From positions 14,464 to 78,463 of the forward strand of contig CBFGJP010000001.1 in NCBI GenBank assembly GCA_965649105.1: 64,000 nt of DNA, in the 5' to 3' direction. Position 1 is the first letter of the stretch. Every line of letters starts with the position of its first letter. The stretch comes from a candidate division WOR-3 bacterium (GTDB lineage Bacteria > Hydrothermota > Tepidihabitantia > SM23-42 > JAOAFX01). Both the position numbers and the translations under genes were made by a program. The notes under the pieces were generated by a model that saw only the letters and a list, made by a program, of their open reading frames with translations, searched no databases and was not told where the DNA came from. Below are positions 60,201-64,000 of the stretch, in pieces.

Positions 60201-60311
60201 AAATTATCACTTTCAATTTTTACCTCTTTTATACATAGATTCTAATTTATACAATAAACAGAATTAACTTCCATACATAAATCTTACAATGCAACACAAA
60301 ATTATAATATC

Positions 60312-60848
60312 TTAATTATGCAATACAAAAACTTGATTACCTGGAGATTTGATCGACCAGTTATCTTTGCCCGATCCGATCAAACCATATTCGGTCCATG
60401 GATATATACCTGTGGGAGACCAGCGCCCATAACCGATACAACCAGAATTAATAAGATTTACATAATTTGGTCCTGGTATGTTTGTATTACAGTTATCATT
60501 CTCATTTGCATAATTAAAAATAATGAATTCAGTAATAACCATTTGTTTACCGGAATACGGATTGGTCGGTAATGTACCTAACCGGGTTTGTAGATCTTCG
60601 TCGCCACCCGGAAAATAGTAACCAAATCCTTGCCCTGCTGTGTTAAGATCTGATGGGTAGATCCCATGCTTATCTATTGAAAAAGCATAAACACAAACCT
60701 GTGTAGCATGCATATTTTCTTTTACTGCCGCTTGATGCGCCCTTTCCCTCATTATTATGTAATTTGGAATAGCAATTGCTGCAAGAATACCGATTATTGT
60801 TACAACAACCATTAATTCTATCAGCGTAAAACCCTTTCTCACACACAT
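60312..60848 (-). CDS. type IV pilin / pseudopilin (prepilin-type N-terminal cleavage/methylation domain)
   Basis: Leader MCVRKG followed by FTLIELMVVVTIIGILAAIAIPN (class III signal peptide). 178 aa. Confidence 0.75.
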   Translation of the reverse strand: MCVRKGFTLIELMVVVTIIGILAAIAIPNYIIMRERAHQAAVKENMHATQVCVYAFSIDKHGIYPSDLNTAGQGFGYYFPGGDEDLQTRLGTLPTNPYSGKQMVITEFIIFNYANENDNCNTNIPGPNYVNLINSGCIGYGRWSPTGIYPWTEYGLIGSGKDNWSIKSPGNQVFVLHN

Positions 60849-60856
60849 ATTCCCGT

Positions 60857-61906
60857 CTATAGTTTTTTCTTTTTAATGTAAGATGGTAATATTATCTTAC
60901 CTTTATTTCGATCGTAGATATACGGATTTCCAAATGGATTTTTTGGTATCTCCCGTATAAATTTTTCTTTTACAAGGTCATCAAGTTTATCCGGGTATTT
61001 CCCCTTTGCTGCTTTATATGCCATAATGCGCTGATTGAGATAATTGGCATTCATTTCTAATTCATCCAACAACAAAGTTGTGCTTGACACTATACTATCC
61101 ATTATCAAAATATATTTACCTCCAAATGGTTCTGCCGGAATCTTAGTGAGTAGCCTTGCATTAACAAGTTCCGTTAAACCTTTCGGCAAAACGTCAAATT
61201 TACGCCGGTATTGATGTACAAATCTCTGTAATGAATCAATGTCTTCTTCAATTTGGATATAATATAGGGATTTCAGTGCCGTCTCCTTTCTTTTCTCTGT
61301 CTGGGCATTTTTCAGGACTATCTGCCAAAGATCTTTTGCAAATTTATATTTTTTTGCTTTTCTGAAGGCATGAGCAGCAAAACGGATGGATCTTCCAGAA
61401 AAACCTTCCCTCAAAGCAGAAAGTTTAAAATAACGCCCGGCCTTGTTGAAATCCTTCAATAAAAAATAGTTAATAAATCCAGCGTCAAAAAGTGGTTCCC
61501 ATCTATCAGGACAGTTGGTGATCGCGCGTCTAAGTAATTTAATAGCTTCTGCAGGACTACCAGCATCTTCAGCAATCAAAAGTGCACCAAAACGATATCC
61601 GTTAATAAATAGAGGATCCAATCTTGTAAGTATATCAAAAATATGTGTTAACCATGGATAATTATAATCGGTAAGTGCATGCTGGCCATAATATTGAATT
61701 GCCCTAAGCCAAACAATATTTGAAACAAATATATCAAAATCGCACACTACAATTTTTAAAAATCTTCCTGATGGGAAATACATCATTTCATTAAGAATTT
61801 CCTTCTTAGGTGGATAAATTTGGTCGTACTTAATCTGGAAAAAATGAACTATCATTGGAAAAATGACAATGATCAAAATAGGCACAAAAATCTTCTTAAT
61901 AATCAT
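60857..61906 (-). CDS. membrane-anchored TPR-like protein with two GspG-like C-terminal motifs (pilus/ABC-system accessory protein)
   Basis: N-terminal TM helix without prepilin motif. Central helical-repeat region. Two copies of a pseudopilin-like segment (…LVNARLLTKIPAEPFGGKYI and …LVKEKFIREIPKNPFGNPYIYD, cf. GspG …LP.DPWGNPYQY). 4-nt overlap with upstream permease gene. Confidence 0.45.
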   Translation of the reverse strand: MIIKKIFVPILIIVIFPMIVHFFQIKYDQIYPPKKEILNEMMYFPSGRFLKIVVCDFDIFVSNIVWLRAIQYYGQHALTDYNYPWLTHIFDILTRLDPLFINGYRFGALLIAEDAGSPAEAIKLLRRAITNCPDRWEPLFDAGFINYFLLKDFNKAGRYFKLSALREGFSGRSIRFAAHAFRKAKKYKFAKDLWQIVLKNAQTEKRKETALKSLYYIQIEEDIDSLQRFVHQYRRKFDVLPKGLTELVNARLLTKIPAEPFGGKYILIMDSIVSSTTLLLDELEMNANYLNQRIMAYKAAKGKYPDKLDDLVKEKFIREIPKNPFGNPYIYDRNKGKIILPSYIKKKKL

Positions 61907-62664
61907 AAATCCTTTCTCTCAAAAATAACAATTGCTAAAGAAAGCAGAATAATAGTATAAGCAAGTCCATAGGCGACCGCAAATATTGTAGCATTCAAAT
62001 CCAAAGAAAGGTTATTAGCGATAGCGGCGCGAACATTAAAATAAGAAAGGTTAGGGAGAATGTAGTAAAGCGCCGTAGAGATGTTCTTCAAAATCGGTGA
62101 CTTCGTCAATTCACCCAGAACCAATATATCCGCGGTGAAATGTCCACAAAAATAGATCGCAAATGTAAAAACACCACTACTCATAGGGCTGGAAAATGTA
62201 GAAAAGAGAATCGCAACAGCTGAAACAATTATTATTTCCATAAACTGTAAAAATATTGCAACGATAATATTTGTACTGAATGCCACTTTAAAAACAATTA
62301 AATAAAGAATAAATATGAAACCAAGTATACCTATTATCAAAGATAAGGCAAAAATTATACCCAGATATTTTCCAACAATAAATTGCCACCTTTTGACAGA
62401 TTTAGGGATTATCATATAGATTGTCTTTCGCTGAACTTCATCAAATACCAATCTGGTACTTACAAAAACCGTAATTAGAATACCAATAATTGAAATCATT
62501 GAAAGTCCAAAATCTTTGATTAATCGAACCTCCTCTCCAAATGAAAGGGGAGCAATTAATTTAACACTCATTATTGAAATTAGCCCTAACACCAATATAA
62601 TCAGAAGAACTTTGTCTCGAATTACCTCACGCATTGTATTAATAGAAACAGCAATTGTTTTCAT
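61903..62664 (-). CDS. ABC-2 family transporter permease
   Basis: 253 aa, 6 TM helices, ABC-2 topology. Overlaps the ATPase gene by 4 nt. Confidence 0.65.
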   Translation of the reverse strand: MKTIAVSINTMREVIRDKVLLIILVLGLISIMSVKLIAPLSFGEEVRLIKDFGLSMISIIGILITVFVSTRLVFDEVQRKTIYMIIPKSVKRWQFIVGKYLGIIFALSLIIGILGFIFILYLIVFKVAFSTNIIVAIFLQFMEIIIVSAVAILFSTFSSPMSSGVFTFAIYFCGHFTADILVLGELTKSPILKNISTALYYILPNLSYFNVRAAIANNLSLDLNATIFAVAYGLAYTIILLSLAIVIFERKDL

Positions 62665-63584
62665 TTTTTATGTCCAGAAATTGATACAAAATAGTCTTCT
62701 AAAGTTTTGGTTTCCGGGGCCAAACTGATTATGGTGCCATTATTGTCCAAAATTGTTTTCATCGCTTCATTGCAGTCATTAATATTATTGAAGACAAGTT
62801 TTATAGAATCAGAAAGTTCTACTATTTCGATGAGATTATGTATTCTGGAAAGAACATCTTGATTAACATTTTTGGCTTTGATAATATACAAACCTGCATC
62901 CGGTTTCAGAAGATCATCAATGCTACCTTCTCTGACAAGGTGGCCAGAAATTATTATTCCTACCCGGTCACAAACTTCTTCGACATCAGACAGTATATGA
63001 GTTGAAAAAAATATGGTTTTCCCCTGTTTTTTGAGATTAGACATTATTGCTTTCACATCCTTTCTGCCGATTGGATCAAGCCCTTCCATTGGTTCATCAA
63101 GAATAAGCAACGAAGGATCATTAATCAATGCCTGCGCAATACCAAGTCTCTGAAGCATGCCTTTAGAATAAGTTCTAATTTTCATGTTACTAGCACTTTC
63201 TAAACCAACCAGAGACAATAGATTAGGTATACGTTTATGTAATACCTTAATGGAAATTTCAAAAATATGTCCGCAGAATTCTAAAAATTCATATCCAGTG
63301 ATATGAGAATAAAAACTTGGATTTTCGGGTAAATAACCTACTTGTTTCATTGCAAGTATGTTTGGTAACTTAATACCATTTATATAAACATCGCCCGAAT
63401 CTGGAAAAAGCAAACTGGTCAGGATTTTTATTGTTGTCGTTTTTCCTGCTCCATTCGGTCCAAGAAATCCATATATCTCACCAGACTTTACTGATAAACT
63501 AACATTGTTCAAGGCATTCTTCTTTTTGAGGAGAAAACCCGTTTTATAGTTTTTTGTCACTTTTAATATTTCTATTGCATTCAT
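62661..63584 (-). CDS. ABC transporter ATP-binding protein (ABC-2 subfamily)
   Basis: Walker A GPNGAGKTT, signature YSKGMLQR, Walker B LLILDEP. 307 aa with C-terminal extension. Confidence 0.75.
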   Translation of the reverse strand: MNAIEILKVTKNYKTGFLLKKKNALNNVSLSVKSGEIYGFLGPNGAGKTTTIKILTSLLFPDSGDVYINGIKLPNILAMKQVGYLPENPSFYSHITGYEFLEFCGHIFEISIKVLHKRIPNLLSLVGLESASNMKIRTYSKGMLQRLGIAQALINDPSLLILDEPMEGLDPIGRKDVKAIMSNLKKQGKTIFFSTHILSDVEEVCDRVGIIISGHLVREGSIDDLLKPDAGLYIIKAKNVNQDVLSRIHNLIEIVELSDSIKLVFNNINDCNEAMKTILDNNGTIISLAPETKTLEDYFVSISGHKK

Positions 63585-63595
63585 ATTGATAGAAT

Positions 63596-63633
63596 AAAGG
63601 GACCTTTATATACGCGTATATAAAGGTCCCTTT
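63596..63633. terminator. perfect 38-bp palindrome (19-bp arms) between pilin paralog and ABC operon; terminator and/or operator
   Basis: AAAGGGACCTTTATATACG|CGTATATAAAGGTCCCTTT, flanked by T/A tracts on both sides. Confidence 0.6.
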
Positions 63634-63656
63634 TTGGCGTTTAGAGTAAACAGCAG

Positions 63657-64000
63657 CTAATTGTGCAGAACGAGAATGCTGCTACCACCTCTTAAAGTGA
63701 GAAAGTCTTTCCTTGAACCAACGACACCCCACTCAGTCCAAGGCCACGCACCGGAGGTTGAATAGGTTCCGTACCTTATAAGACCTGCTCCACCAAGGTT
63801 TGCGTCATTTGCTCCGCCGATTGATTGGTCACTATTGTCGCCGGCATTGGCGTACACATGTATAATAAAATCAGCTACTTGCATTGGTGCACCCGTATAT
63901 GGATTATTGGGTAGTTGTCCAAGTACTGTTTGCAAATCTTCGTCACCACCAGGGAAATAATAACCAAAGCCCTCTCCAGAAGTATTCACATCTGTTGGAT
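63657..64000 (-). CDS. type IV pilin paralog, C-terminal part (N-terminus beyond window end)
   Basis: Aligns with residues about 70-178 of the 60312..60848 pilin (GEGFGYYFPGGDEDLQT…LVLHN). No prepilin leader within window, so the gene must start past 64000. Confidence 0.65.
   Translation of the reverse strand, partial: PTDVNTSGEGFGYYFPGGDEDLQTVLGQLPNNPYTGAPMQVADFIIHVYANAGDNSDQSIGGANDANLGGAGLIRYGTYSTSGAWPWTEWGVVGSRKDFLTLRGGSSILVLHN

Overview
This is a 64 kb AT-rich bacterial chromosomal window with dense coding on both strands. Gene content points to an uncultivated FCB-superphylum-type bacterium. At least three secreted proteins end in a type IX secretion (T9SS) C-terminal sorting domain. 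These are a cutinase/PETase-like alpha/beta hydrolase, a BNR/Asp-box protein and a large FG-GAP cargo that is interrupted. Housekeeping genes present include apt, pcm, miaB, an mtaB-like gene, rimO, rpsA, ftsEX plus an EnvC-like activator, trmI, glnA, lnt, rsmI, hflX, nadB, iorAB, a tryptophanase-family lyase, clpC, bamA, a skp-like gene, tadA and priA. There are three tRNAs: Pro-CGG, Arg-ACG and Ser-CGA. Accessory or unusual parts: (1) a partial nickel-pincer (Lar) cofactor cluster containing larE and larB. It is interleaved with ChrA-family and BioY-family transporters and a Memo/AMMECR1 fusion, the A and B proteins of the 'AmmeMemoRadiSam system'. It runs into ftsEX-envC with overlapping stop and start codons. 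(2) A type-IV-pilin locus at the 3' end. Two paralogous prepilin genes bracket an ABC-2 transporter operon and a membrane/TPR protein with duplicated GspG-like C-terminal motifs. This arrangement is reminiscent of Myxococcus PilGHI. (3) Two paralogous membrane-domain/spermidine-synthase fusion proteins. (4) Two decayed genes: an ArsB/NhaD-type permease with at least five frameshifts, and a roughly 1000-aa T9SS cargo broken by a frameshift, a double stop, and an in-frame TGA that separates it from its sorting domain. (5) Many canonical TTGACx-N16-TAnAAT promoters placed so that transcription should start at or within about 3 nt of the start codon, implying frequent leaderless mRNAs. (6) An exact 35-bp direct repeat upstream of two tRNA genes, a perfect 38-bp palindrome in the pilin locus, and palindromes around an ArsR-family gene. 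I found no CRISPR array, integrase, transposase or phage genes. All functional calls come from motif-level reading of the translated ORFs and are unverified by any database search.
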